NCBI GenBank assembly: GCA_964016885.1
Contig: OZ024744.1
Location: 35,588,001 to 35,652,000 of the forward strand
DNA: 64,000 nucleotides
Reading direction: 5' to 3'
Source of the DNA: Eledone cirrhosa
Lineage: Eukaryota
This document shows positions 1 to 14,500 of this stretch, in pieces; the stretch's first letter is position 1; each line of letters starts with the position of its first letter. Position numbers and translations under genes: made by a program. The notes under the pieces were generated by a model that searched no databases, was not told the origin of the DNA, and saw only the letters and a list, made by a program, of their open reading frames with translations.

Positions 1-59
1 ACTGTATGGGGGATGGGCTGGGTGCCAAAGACTGTGACCTGATGGAGCTTGAATGTTCC

Positions 60-568
60 CACTAGCTTTTCACCTACACCTAGTTTCCTTAGAAATCACC
101 AAATTACAGAAAGTGGAATCCAATGAAAAGCCTTCACCAGGTCAATGAATGCTAGTTATAGGGGGCTTACTTCTAGCTAAATACTTCTGCAATTTTTTCA
201 GTACATTAGTAGTATCACTTTCTGGCATAAAGTCAAACTGCTTTTAATATAGGCTAATTCTATTGTTAATCAATTATGCTATAACTCTTTCAGTAACTTT
301 CATAACCTCTTTCAACAATTTCATGCCTCTTGCCTTTATAATTGGCTCTCTCTAGTGCATCACCTTTGCTCCATGTAACAGTTGACTATGATAGTGCTAC
401 ATAACTGATTATCTATGACACCTTCTGTACTACCTAGTGACATTATGTGAGTGACAATCATGTGTCCTACTTCAGATATTTTAAGTATCTTAGCAACTAC
501 TACTGATGGACCAGCTGCCTTCCCTACCTTCATATTCTTTATTGTACTTGCAATCATACTGTTGCCAA
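60..568 (-). mobile_element. Decayed RTE-clade LINE fragment (RT N-terminal part)
   Basis: Minus-strand IKNMKVGKAAGPS...IIVNCY and LAFIDLVKAF match the RTE ORF at 8809-9924 (IKDMKTGKAAGPS, LAFIDLEKAF); multiple stops. Confidence 0.85.
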
Positions 569-594
569 ATATATATATATATATATATATCTAT

Positions 595-1033
595 TAGACC
601 TGAGATGAGGTGATAAAAGCTAAACTTGCCCAATTATACCTCTCAAAGGCAATGACACAGGATCGAGTCTTCTGGCGTTACACAGTAATACAGAAGACCC
701 GACTTCCCACGGGTATAAGCCGAAGTGGAAGCATATAGACAGTATGCCCCACCCCCTCCCACTGTAAAGTGGTCATGTAGGTGTCACAACAAAAAAGCAC
801 CCAGTCCACACTGTAAAGTGGTCATGTAGGCGCCATGGTAAAAAGCACCCAGTACTCACTGTAAATGAGGTTGGTGTTAGGAAGGGCATCCACCTGTAGA
901 TATCCAGATAAAATCAGTTCTGTATGAGCAAGACATGGTCACATGACCTGGCATTGCCCACAACAGGACAACTCGTCTAAAGACAGCATGGAAAAATGGA
1001 TGTAAAACGCTGATGATGATGATGATGATGATG
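595..1033 (+). mobile_element. 5'-truncated RTE 3' end with 3' UTR and (GAT)n tail
   Basis: Reads DEVIKAKLAQLYLSKAMTQDRVFWRYTVIQKTR, matching the C-terminus at 31120-31250; UTR carries the gttaggaagggcatcc motif; ends in (gat)n. Confidence 0.85.
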
Positions 1034-1176
1034 ACATATATATTAATATAGGTGTGTATATATATGTATATATGTATGTGTATGTTTATATATATATATA
1101 AACACACACATATGTCCCAAGGCTCTGATACCATCAACACCATAAACACAGAGCTGGCTTATCTAAGAACTGACTA

Positions 1177-1232
1177 ACTGCCTGATGAGGTCATAGCCAT
1201 TCAATGGCTATCATCGAAATATATATAGCAGT
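1177..1232 (+). ncRNA. Minimal type-I hammerhead ribozyme (Penelope pLTR-type), followed by AATAAA
   Basis: ACTGC-CTGATGA-GGTcATAGCCAT(tca)ATGGCTATcATC-GAAA-T-ATAT-ATA-GCAGT: stem I ACTGC/GCAGT, intact core, long stem II, minimal stem III with palindromic loop, AUA cleavage triplet. Confidence 0.8.
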
Positions 1233-1502
1233 AAATAAAGGATTATGAGTTCATATATATATATATGTATATATGTGTATGTGTATATATATATATATAT
1301 GTGTGTATATATATATGTATGTGTGTGTATATATATATGTATGTGTATATATATATGTATGTGTATATATATATATATGTTGTGTATATATATGTATGTG
1401 TATATATATATATATGTATGTATGTGTGTGTATATATGTATGTGTATATATGTATGTATGTGTCTATATATATATATGTGTATATATGTATGTATGTGTC
1501 TA

Positions 1503-1532
<30 letters not shown>

Positions 1533-1535
<3 letters not shown>

Positions 1536-1862
1536 TCATCATCATTTTTTCGTCCGCTTTTCCCTGCTTGCAAGGGTGGGACGGGACTTATTCTGGCTTG
1601 ATTTCTACAGCTGGATGCCCTTCCTAACACCAACCTCATTTACAGTGAGTACTGGGTGCTTTTTTGTCGTGGCAGCTCCATGACCACTTTACAGTGGAAT
1701 GATAGGGACCCCAGTCCCTATCATCTCATTTCTACAGCTGAGTAAACTGGAGCAATGTGAAATAAAGTGTCTTGCTCAAGGAAACAACACATCGCCCGGT
1801 GTGAGAACTCACAACCTTTCGATTGCAAGGCCAATGCTCTAACCACTAAGCCATGTGCCTCC
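1533..1862 (-). mobile_element. tRNA-derived SINE family A
   Basis: Head ggaggcacatggcttagtggttagagc (A box), B-box-like segment, central ttgagcaagacactttatttcac block, RTE-like tail, (GAT)n end; at least 5 similar copies in the window. Confidence 0.9.
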
Positions 1863-3299
<1,437 letters not shown>

Positions 3300-3887
3300 A
3301 ATAAATGGAAACTATATTTATAAAACCATAATTATTTTATTATAAATATTTCAAGGGCAATCTTGGTGCACTTTCATCTGATAAAATACAAAATTTGTTT
3401 TATAAATAGTGACATAACCGTGGAAAAAAAGCTAGACGGTTGAAAATTCGGTGGTTAGTGAACAATATTATTGAGGGTACTTCAAAGTTCTGTGTAAATA
3501 TGCAAATGAATGTCCGAAAAATTGAAAAAAAAACCCAACCGTTTATTTAAATTACGCATTGGTGTGTGTGTATATATATATATGTATGTGTGTGTGTATA
3601 TATATATATATGTATGTGTGTGTATATATATATATGTATGTGTGTGTATATATATATTTGTATGTATGTGTGTGTATATATATATATGTATGTGTGTGTA
3701 TATATATATATATGTATGTGTGTGTATATATATATATATGTATGTGTGTGTATATATATATTTGTATGTATGTGTGTGTATATATATATGTATGTATGTG
3801 TGTATATATGTATGTATGTGTGTGTATATTTATATGTATGTATGTGTGTATATATATATATGTATGTATATATATATATATATATAT

Positions 3888-4185
3888 ACATGGCTTAGTG
3901 GTTAGAGCATTGGCCTTGCAATCGAAAGGTTGTAAGTTCAATTCTCAGACCGGGTGATGTGTTGTTTCCTTGAGCAAGACACTTTATTTCACATTGCTCC
4001 AGTTTACTCAGCTGTAGAAATGAGATGATAAGGACTGGGGTCCCTATCATTCCACTGTAAAGTGGACGTGGAGGTTGGTGTTAGGAGAGAGCATCCTGCT
4101 GTAGAAATCAAGCCAGAATCAGTTCCGTCCCACCCTTGCAAGCAGGGAAAATGACGTAAAATGAAATGATGAAATGAAATGATGA
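3888..4185 (+). mobile_element. SINE family A (tail internally shortened)
   Basis: catggcttagtggttagagcattggccttgcaatcgaaagg...gttcaattc; reverse complement of 1533-1862. Confidence 0.9.
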
Positions 4186-4298
4186 TATATATATATGTAT
4201 GTATGTGTGTGTATATATGTATGTGTATGTATGTGTGTGTATATATATGTATATATGTATGTGTGTGTATATATATATATATATGTATGTGCGTGTAT

Positions 4299-4332
<34 letters not shown>

Positions 4333-4360
4333 GTGTATATATATATATGTATGTATATGC

Positions 4361-4395
<35 letters not shown>

Positions 4396-4527
4396 TATTA
4401 TTATTATGTAATAAACAACATAAGGCAATTATTCCATTTACCAGTGGTTTCTTAAAAGCAAAAGGTTTTGCTTTCAACATATATATATATGTATGTATGT
4501 AAGTATGTATGTATATACTGCATGGTA

Positions 4528-4862
4528 TCTGATGGTATCCAATGATGTTGACATGTTCTTCTTTTTGGTAAATATCATCTTGGTTAAGAGAGTGGGACTG
4601 GCTTTGTGCAGTGCCTTTGCTCACTATAAAAGCTTCACGGCACAGGCATTGCTTTATATCTGGAGATCTCTCTGCACTTGTCGTCACATGGTACCATGGG
4701 CCCAGCATTATGTGTCAATAATTGTCACAAGTGTAGTGTTTGTACCAGAGTTTACAAGTCGCTGGCTGGACTAAAAAGTCACACTCGTTCAGCGCTCGGT
4801 AGGGGTTCTCCTACATGGATATAAAGTAGTGGCCGTACTCGAAAACGAGTTGGCAGCCACCA
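4528..4862 (+). mobile_element. Partial duplicate of the 3' half of the short RTE-derived element at 5058-5668
   Basis: Near-identical to 5332-5668; contains the C2H2 remnant CSVCTRVYKSLAGLKSH. Confidence 0.75.
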
Positions 4863-5057
4863 TATACGTATGTATGTAAGTAAGTATGTATATACATATG
4901 TATGTAAGTATGTATGTATATACATATGTATGTATGTAAGTATGTATGTATATACATATGTATGTATGTAAGTATGTGTGTATATATGTATACTATGTCA
5001 GGTCACCAGTTGGTGCTACTGGTAACATGTATGTTTGTATGTATGTATGTATACTAT

Positions 5058-5668
5058 GTCAAGTCACCAGTTGGTGCTACTGGTAACATGTATCCAGTAC
5101 AACCTGTCCCATGGTCGGATCGTTGGCGACTAAACTGGCAACCGCACCAAGGTTTCTTGGTGAGGAGGGTGACTTTGGACATCCTGCAGGACTAAAAACA
5201 AAACCTGTCAAAGGTCAAAGGAGCTCTTAAGAGTCAATGGCCATCCAAAATCACCGGGAGAGATGACCCCTTAGCCTTTGTCAAGGCAGAATTCTAGGAG
5301 AAGGAAAACTCTGATATAACACCTGCAACCCTGATGGTATCCAATGATGTTGACTTGTTCTTCTTTTTGGTAAATATCATCTTGGTTAAGAGAGTGGGAC
5401 TGGCTTTGTGCAGTGCCTTTGCTCACTATAAAAGCTTCACGGCACAGGCATTGCTTTATATCTGGAGATCTCTCTGCACTTGTCGTTACATGGTACCATG
5501 GGCCCAGCACTATGTGTCAATAATTGTCACAAGTGTAGTGTTTGTACCAGAGTTTTCAAGTCGCTGGCTGGACTAAAAAGTCACACTCGTTCAGCGCATC
5601 GGTAGGGGTTCTCCTACATGGATATAAAGTAGTGGCCGTACTCGAAAACGAGTTGGCAGCCACCACCA
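5058..5668 (+). mobile_element. Short non-autonomous RTE derivative (5' UTR fused to 3' end)
   Basis: 5' part has the RTE-5'UTR-like ctaggagaaggaaaactctga motif; 3' part encodes [23 protein letters not shown] (terminal C2H2 as in BovB-like RTEs), then a short tail into (TATG)n. Confidence 0.65.
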
Positions 5669-5734
5669 TATACATATGTATGTATGTAAGTATATATGTG
5701 TATACATATATATGTATGTATATACATATATATG

Positions 5735-5780
<46 letters not shown>

Positions 5781-7199
5781 TATATTGGTTCTCTCCTATT
5801 TTCATTATCGGACGTTTTAAATTTTTAAACAATATCTATTTATGTCTCCAAAAATTAACTATTTTCTGTGCATTAATTTACAGCTAATTATAGTTCTTGT
5901 TGAGACTACAGTACTTTTGTAATCATATATGTGTGTATTTATAATCATCATCATCTTTGTTATTACCATCATCATCATTACATCCATTTTCCCATGCTGG
6001 TGTAGATGAGATGAGAGTTTTAAGGCAGAATATTAGAGTCAGATGCATTCCCTGACCCCAACCCTCATTTTTATTTGCTATTTTTCGTACAGTAGGATAC
6101 ATATCTTTGTACATCTAACCACTGAGTGGTAGCATCTATGTTTATATAGAATGTAAACAAATATCCCCACCTGCTATCTCTGAAGAGTTATACACAGGTA
6201 CAAATGTATATGTATTTATGTATGTGTGAGTGTGTATATATATATATATATATATACAATATACTGTCCTCACCTCCTCACATATTGTCACTTACACATG
6301 ACATCCTACTTATCATGCTCCCAACCCCCTGCCTCAGTCACCCCTTTCTTACCTTCCATTTCTACCCTTCTATAAGGTAGGGAGGGCTCTTCAGTCAGGT
6401 CAATGACCAACAGCTTACACCCTGTAAGGTGGTCCGTGATAGGAAGAGTGTCCAACTCTAGAAGCCACACCAAAAAAGGAACGAGAGGACTGTTTAGTTG
6501 TGTGAAGGGTACAACAACCTCTCAAATGTTGGTGACATGATAAGATATATTCAGTACGTTCTGTAAAGCGGTTGTTGATAAGATATCCATAGATCACTTG
6601 CCAAAACATAAAATAGAGAGGATTTTTCAGTTGTGTCAAGGATATGACAAACTCTCTAGTGCTGTTGCTATGATAAAATGCATGGTGCATTTTATAAAGT
6701 GTGGAAGCAGCCAGAGTAGAGATATACTGTAGTGGTATACACTGGTAATTGATGGTAGCTTGGGTACAGATACACTGAAGTTGGATCTTTTTTGTTTTGT
6801 TATTATCATTAAACTACTGGTCAAAACTGAATGAACAGACCTATGATAAAAATAATTCAAGCCATGATTACTCCATCCTTTTCAGGGCATACAGAGCTGC
6901 AATGTTCAATTGCCTTTCATTAAGATAAGAGGAAAACTTGACTGCTATTTTTTTAACAAATTGAGTGACCATATAGTGGATGTCTTACTTACTAGTATGC
7001 TGTTGTATCATAAGCATGTGATTGTTGTGCTGTATAATAGCATTAGTAAAAGGATATATATATATATATACCACAGTGATATAAACATATGATGACGTAT
7101 CTCTTCTAAGCAGTGCATTGAGATAGTAACAATTGGTATTTAGTTGATAGTTGGCTGTTGATAGATCATGTTGTTGACCCATTCTCTGTCTCCAACATA

Positions 7200-7480
7200 G
7201 TTGCTTTGGTCATAAACTCCAGTACTGCGGCCCACAATGTAGAGAAAAGGAAAACAAACAAATAACAGGGATTGTCTGGCTGCTTCCTCCTCACACTGGT
7301 CACCATCGAGATCTCAGGCATACTTGGACCTCATACTACTGAGCTCCTTTGCAAGATTGGAACGTCTGTAGCCCATCTGAGGAAGGTGCCCTGCGAGATG
7401 GGGTGGCTGTTGTGACGGGTGTCACTGGCATTTGCCAGGTGTCATGGAAATGCTTTTGCTGTCTTATCTGTAGGGTGCAG
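7200..7480 (+). mobile_element. CRE-clade non-LTR retrotransposon relic (C-terminal restriction-like endonuclease)
   Basis: Translates AAHNVEKRKTNK*QGL...VTIEISGILGP...LL*RVSLAFARCHGNA, resembling the CRE C-terminal pattern AE.RK..KY..L...ET.G..GP...QR.S.A.QRGNA. Confidence 0.65.
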
Positions 7481-7831
7481 CCCCAACACCTCCACACTCT
7501 AGGCTCAGAACCCCTCCCCCTCCTCCCATCCATCTGTGACCGTGGAGCCGTTGCCTTTCTCTTTCTTTTCTGATTTTTAAATATTTGTTAGTTGTTTAAC
7601 CTCAAGGCAGCCAAAATGAACATTTCTTTGTTCAAATGTCTCCCAACCATGGATATTTTGTGTTTTTAGGTTTATCTAGCACTACATTATCTAATGTTTC
7701 TTTCATTTTTGTCTATGGCTGCATGGTGTGATTCATGGGAAATATTTGTGTGCTATCTTTAGCAAATTGAGTGACTATACAGAGGTTTGCCAGGTGTTTC
7801 GATATAATTTGTGGAATAAGCTAGCTAAGAT

Positions 7832-10052
7832 TCATCATCATCATCATCATCATCAACGTTTAACGTCCGTGTTCCACGCTTGCATGGGTTTGGACGGGAG
7901 TTTTCCCACTTGAGGCAAGAGTGGTTGTCTTGCTCGCATAGGACTGTCTGGCAGGTTTTCTACAGTTGGATGCCCTTCCTAACACCAACCACATTTACAG
8001 TGTGGGTCTGGGAGGTTTTTACCGTGTTGCCTACACGGCCACATTACAGCGTGGACTGTTTTTTTGTCGTGACACCTACACGATCTCATTTGTTTCGGCC
8101 TGGATGGCGCGGCACCAACATAACTTTACATAGAAGGGGGCGGTGTGGATGGGGTGGGGGTGGTGGGACGGGGGGTGTATTTTTTTAGAGATGCCTACTG
8201 ACTGTAGTAGGTTTTACTTTGTATTTAGGTAAGGCGGATCTTCTCTATTACTGAGTACCGCCAAAGGTCTCGGTCCAGTGACATTGTCTTGGAGAGGTGT
8301 AAGTGTGTGAGGTCAGAGTTTATCAGCTCGTCCCTGGTTTTTCTGGGTCTGCCTATTCCGTGGCTACCGTCTATCTTTATTGCCCTGCACTTTGTTATAC
8401 TGCTATCGTCCTTCATGCGCATCACGTGACCATACCAACGTAGCCTTCTCTCGAGTAAACAACATCTGATCCCTCTTATTTCTAATTTTTTCCTTAGTTT
8501 GTTTATGCTTTGTCGTTCACGTATATTACTATTACACATCCAGCGGAGCATGCAAGCTTCGTTTCTCTCTAGTCTGCGTATATCCTCTGCACACAATGCC
8601 CAGGTCTCACTGCCATGCAACATTGCTGTTCGTATGCAGGCATCGTACAACCTGCCTTTCATTTTTAGGGAGAACCCTTTAGCGGCTAATAGTGGTATAA
8701 GCTCTCTGAACTTTTTCCACCCAGTTCTGACTCTAGCTACTGTACTTTCAGAGCACCCTCCCCCACTGCTGATTTTGTCACCCAGGTAACGGAAGCTGTC
8801 CACTATTTCTATAGAACCCTCTGCGCAGTTGAAAGAGCTAGTATTTGTGGGCACTTGCTGCTACTTATTGCCCCAGAACACCGGCCACATGTAAAATCTA
8901 TGTTCTTAGTTAGCTTACCTGTGATCCCACTACATTTTTTATGCACCCAAACTTTGCATTTGGGACACAAAATGGAATTTCTACCTACGCCTTTCCTACA
9001 CTCTGCGCATGGCCACTTCCCGGAGGGGACCGCCGCCTTATTTTCTTTCTTACAAACTAGAACTTTAGTCTTAGCCAGGTTAATTTTAAGGCCTTTTGAT
9101 TCTAGGCCGTGCTTCCATGTTTGGAATTTCTTCTCTAGCTCGGCCATTGATTCAGCTATGAGCGTTAGATCATCTGCGTATAGGAGTTCCCATGGGCAGC
9201 CGGTCTTGAACTCCACTGTTATAGCCTGGAGGGCAATAATAAATAGTAGGGGGCTAAGAACAGAGCCCTGATGAACACCAACTTTTACGCTAAACTCTTC
9301 GCTATATTCGTTGTTAATTCTAACCTTGCTGACTGTTTCTTTATACATGGCTTGTATAGCTCTCACAAGCCATTCATCAACACCTAGTTTTCTAAGAGCC
9401 CACCAGATAATGGAGCGGGGGACTCTGTCGAAGGCCTTCTCCAAGTCGATGAAAGCTAAGTATAGGGGTTTACTTTTAGCTAGGTACTTCTCCTGTAGTT
9501 GTCGTACAATGAAAAGAGCGTCTGTGGTACTTTTTCCTGACACAAACCCGAACTGCATTTCATCTAGATCAATTCGCTCTCTGATTAGTTGCGCTATTAC
9601 TTTATCCGTGACCTTCATGACCTGGTTGATTAATTTAATGCCTCTATAGTTACCCCTATCTAGGGCATCTCCTTTACCCTTATAACAGTTAACGATGATG
9701 CTGCTACGCCAGTCCTTCGGAACAACCCCATTTTGTATGACTTGGTTGACTATCCGGGTGACCATGGTGTGTCCCACCGTACCAGATGCCTTCAGCATCT
9801 CGGCAACTATTTCCGAAGGCCCAGCCGCCTTACCAGTTTTCATATCTTTGATTGCCTTACTTATTATACTACCCTCGACTAACACTGCTGGTCCCTCTAT
9901 TGGGGGAGACTGTCTTTCTCCCATTTATTCTCCTCATTTAGTTGCCTTTCATAGTGACACTTCCAAGCTACCTTCTTATCGGCGTCGGTGATGGCAAGTA
10001 TGCCGTCATCGTTAAGTACACACTTCTCCCCGACAATATCACTGTTTTCCTT
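7832..10052 (-). mobile_element. 5'-truncated RTE LINE: RT, internal PHD-type finger, C-terminal domain, 3' UTR, (GAT)n tail
   Basis: ORFs 9897-10100, 8809-9924 and 8225-8854 joined by frameshifts; motifs NYRGIKL, QFGF, FIDLEKAFDRVP, GVHQGSVLSPLLF, LLYADD, FRYLG, RRLRWYGHVMR, GRPRKT. Confidence 0.95.
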
Positions 10053-10109
10053 GCTAACTAAACTAAATAGAAGAACTAAAATGATTGTGAGGAGTGTCAT
10101 AAAAAATTA

Positions 10110-10975
10110 TGGTAGCAGTGGTGGTCTAATATTGGTAGTTGTTGTTGGTTGTGGTAGTTGTGATGAAGTGGTGGTTGTGTCATTGATGTAGTTGTTAGTG
10201 GTGGTGGTCATAGTGTTGTTAGCGGTGTTGGTGTTGGTGGTGTTGGTGGTGGTGGTGGTGGTAGGTGTGATGAGGTGTTGGTAGTGGCAGAGTTGCTGGT
10301 GGCAGTGTTGGTGGTGTTGGCAGTGTTAGTGGTGGTAGTTGTAATCAAGATTCTAGTGCTGGTTGTGGTGTTGATGTAGTTGTTAGGTGGTGTTTATAAA
10401 GTTATTGGTGGTGGTAGTGTTGTTGTTGGTGAAGGTGATGGCAGGGTGGAGGGGATGTAGTAGTGGTGGTGGTGATGTAGTGGTTGTGGTATTAGTGATG
10501 GGGATGTAGTGCTGGTATTGGTGGGGTGGTGGTGGTAGTGTTGGAAATGGTGAAAAACAATGTTAGCAGCAATGAAATACAAGAAAGATTATAGAGAAAG
10601 TAGTAAATTATTGAAGTTGATGGTAAGGATGATGATGATGGTGATGGTAATGACAATGATAGTGGCAATGGGGATGATGATGATGATGGTGATGATGATG
10701 ATGATGATGATAGTGGCAATGGGGATGATGATGGTGATGGTGATAGTGGCAATGGGGATGATGATGACAATGATAACAATGATGTTGATGTTGATGGTGA
10801 TGATGGTAATGATAGTGGCAATGGGCATGATGATGATGACAATGATGACAATGATGACAATGATGACGATCTTGGTGATGTAATGATGATGATGGTGGTG
10901 ATGATGATGATAATGGTGATGATGATGATGATGATTGTGATGGTGGTGATGATGATGATGATGGTGATGGTGATA
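10110..10975. repeat. Degenerate (GGT)n/(GAT)n simple repeats
   Basis: Mosaic trinucleotide repeats giving poly-M/V/H pseudo-ORFs. Confidence 0.9.
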
Positions 10976-11166
10976 AAATATCTTTATTCCCTGATATCAG
11001 TTCTAATAGGCTATCTATTTGTTTGTATGTCTCTGTGTATGTCCTGCTCCCCTCAACCACCCACCCATACATCGCCCCTGCCCCCACATACATTCTTATC
11101 ATTTTGCTACTGATTTTACAGGCTTGCATGCTTTGATAGATATGTGTGTGTATGTATATCTATATG

Positions 11167-11261
<95 letters not shown>

Positions 11262-11264
11262 ATG

Positions 11265-11345
<81 letters not shown>

Positions 11346-11579
11346 GTGTGTGTGTATCTGAATGTTTTTTTGTATTTTGTTTACTGTTTCAACTATAATA
11401 TATATATATATGTATATATATATACAGGTGTGTGTATATATATATATATGTATACACAAACATATGCATATGCAAATATATTTTTATGTATTGTTTTAAT
11501 AGGATTTTCCTCTTCAGTTTGATTGGTTAATTATACAAATTAACTTGGATAAATTTTTGCTGCTGCTGTTGCTGCCAAT

Positions 11580-14500
11580 GTCACCACTACCACCACAATT
11601 ACAACCACCACCACCACCACCACATTTACAACCACCACCACCACCACCACCACCACAATTACAACCACCACTACCACAACCACCACCACAATTACAACCA
11701 CCACTACCACAACCACCATCACAATTACAACCACCACTACCACAACCACCATCACAATTACAACCACCACCACAATTACAACCACCACCACCACATTTAC
11801 AACCACCACCACCACCACCACCACCACAATTACAACCACCACCACCACCACCACATTTACAACCACCACCACCACCACCACCACCACAATTACAACCACC
11901 ACCACCACCACCACAATTACAACCACCACCACCACAACCACCACCACAATTACAACCACCACTACCACAACCACCACCACAATTACAACCACCACTACCA
12001 CAACCACCATCACAATTACAACCACCACCACAATTACAACCACCACTACCACAACCACCATCACAATTACAACCACCACTACCACAACCACCACCACAAT
12101 TACAACCACCACCACAATTACAACCACCACTACCACAACCACCACCACAATTACAACCACCACCACAATTACAACCACCACTACCACAACCACCACCACC
12201 ACCACAACCACCACCACAATTACAACCACCACTACCACAACCACCACCACAATTACAACCACCACTACCACAACCACCATCACAATTACAACCACCACCA
12301 CAATTACAACCACCACTACCACAACCACCATCACAATTACAACCACCACTACCACAACCACCACCACCACCACCACAATTACAACCACCACCACCACCAC
12401 CACAATTACAACCACCACCACCACAATTACAACCACCACCACCACAACCACCACAATTACAACCACCACCACCACAACCACCACCACAATTACAACCACC
12501 ACCACCACCACCACCACCACCACCACAATTACAACCACCACCACCACCACCACCACCACAATTACAACCACCACTACCACCACCACCACCACAACCACCA
12601 CCACAATTACAACCACCACTACCACCACCACCACTACCACCACCACAATTACAACCACCACTACCACTACCACCACCACCACAACCACCACCACAATTAC
12701 AACCACCACTACCACTACCACCACCACCACCACAATTACAACCACCACCACCACAACCACCACCACAATTACAACCACCACCACCACAACCACCACCACA
12801 ATTACAACCACCACTACCACAACCACCACCACCACCACAATTACAACCACCACTACCACTACCACCACAACCACCACCACAATTACAACCACCACTACCA
12901 CAGCCACCACCACCACCACTACCACAACCACCACCACCACAATTACAACCACCACTACCACAACCACCACCACCACCACCACCACTACCACAACCACCAC
13001 CACCACCACCACCACTACCACAACCACCACCACCACCACCACAATTACAACCACCACTACCACAACCACCACCACCACCACCACCACCACTACCACAATT
13101 ACAACCACCACTACCACAACCACCACCACAATTACAACCACCACCACAATTACAACCACCACTACCACAACCACCATCACAATTACAACCACCACTACCA
13201 CAACCACCACCACCACCACCACAATTACAACCACCACCACCACCACCACAATTACAACCACAACCACCACAATTACAACCACCACCACCACAACCACCAC
13301 AATTACAACCACCACCACCACAACCACCACCACAATTACAACCACCACCACCACCACCACCACCACCACCACAATTACAACCACCACCACCACCACCACC
13401 ACCACAATTACAACCACCACTACCACCACCACCACCACAACCACCACCACAATTACAACCACCACTACCACCACCACCACTACCACCACCACAATTACAA
13501 CCACCACTACCACTACCACCACCACCACAACCACCACCACAATTACAACCACCACTACCACTACCACCACCACCACCACAATTACAACCACCACCACCAC
13601 AACCACCACCACAATTACAACCACCACCACCACAACCACCACCACAATTACAACCACCACTACCACAACCACCACCACCACCACAATTACAACCACCACT
13701 ACCACTACCACCACAACCACCACCACAATTACAACCACCACTACCACAGCCACCACCACCACCACTACCACAACCACCACCACCACAATTACAACCACCA
13801 CTACCACAACCACCACCACCACCACTACCACAACCACCACCACCACCACCACCACTACCACAACCACCACCACCACCACCACAATTACAACCACCACTAC
13901 CACAACCACCACCACCACCACCACCACCACTACCACAATTACAACCACCACTACCACAACCACCACTATCACAACCACCACCACAACCACCACCACAATT
14001 ACAACCACCACTACCACAACCACCACCACCACTACCACAACCACCACCACCACAATTACAACCACCACAACCACCACCACAATTACAACCACCACAACCA
14101 CCACCACAATTACAACCATCACTACCACAACCACCACCACCACCACCACTACCACAACCACCACCACCACCACCACAATTACAACCATCACTACCACAAC
14201 CACCACCACCACCACCACCACCACTACCACAACCACCACCACCACCACAATTACAACCATCACTACCACAACCACCACCACCACCACAATTAACCACCAC
14301 CACCACCACAATTACAACCACCACTACCACAACCACCACCACAATTACAACCACCACTACCACAACCACCACCACCACCACCACAATTACAACCACCACT
14401 ACCACAACCACCACCACAACCACCACCACAATTACAACCATCACTACCACAACCACCACCACAATTACAACCACCACTACCACAACCACCACCACCACCA

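Noticed and set aside
3888-3960. tRNA gene
   Set aside because: A/B boxes belong to a multi-copy SINE head; no complete cloverleaf.
6380-6920. Possible upstream exon of the host gene in unique-looking sequence
   Set aside because: Candidate frames hit stops and show no recognisable similarity; upstream exons were not found in the window.
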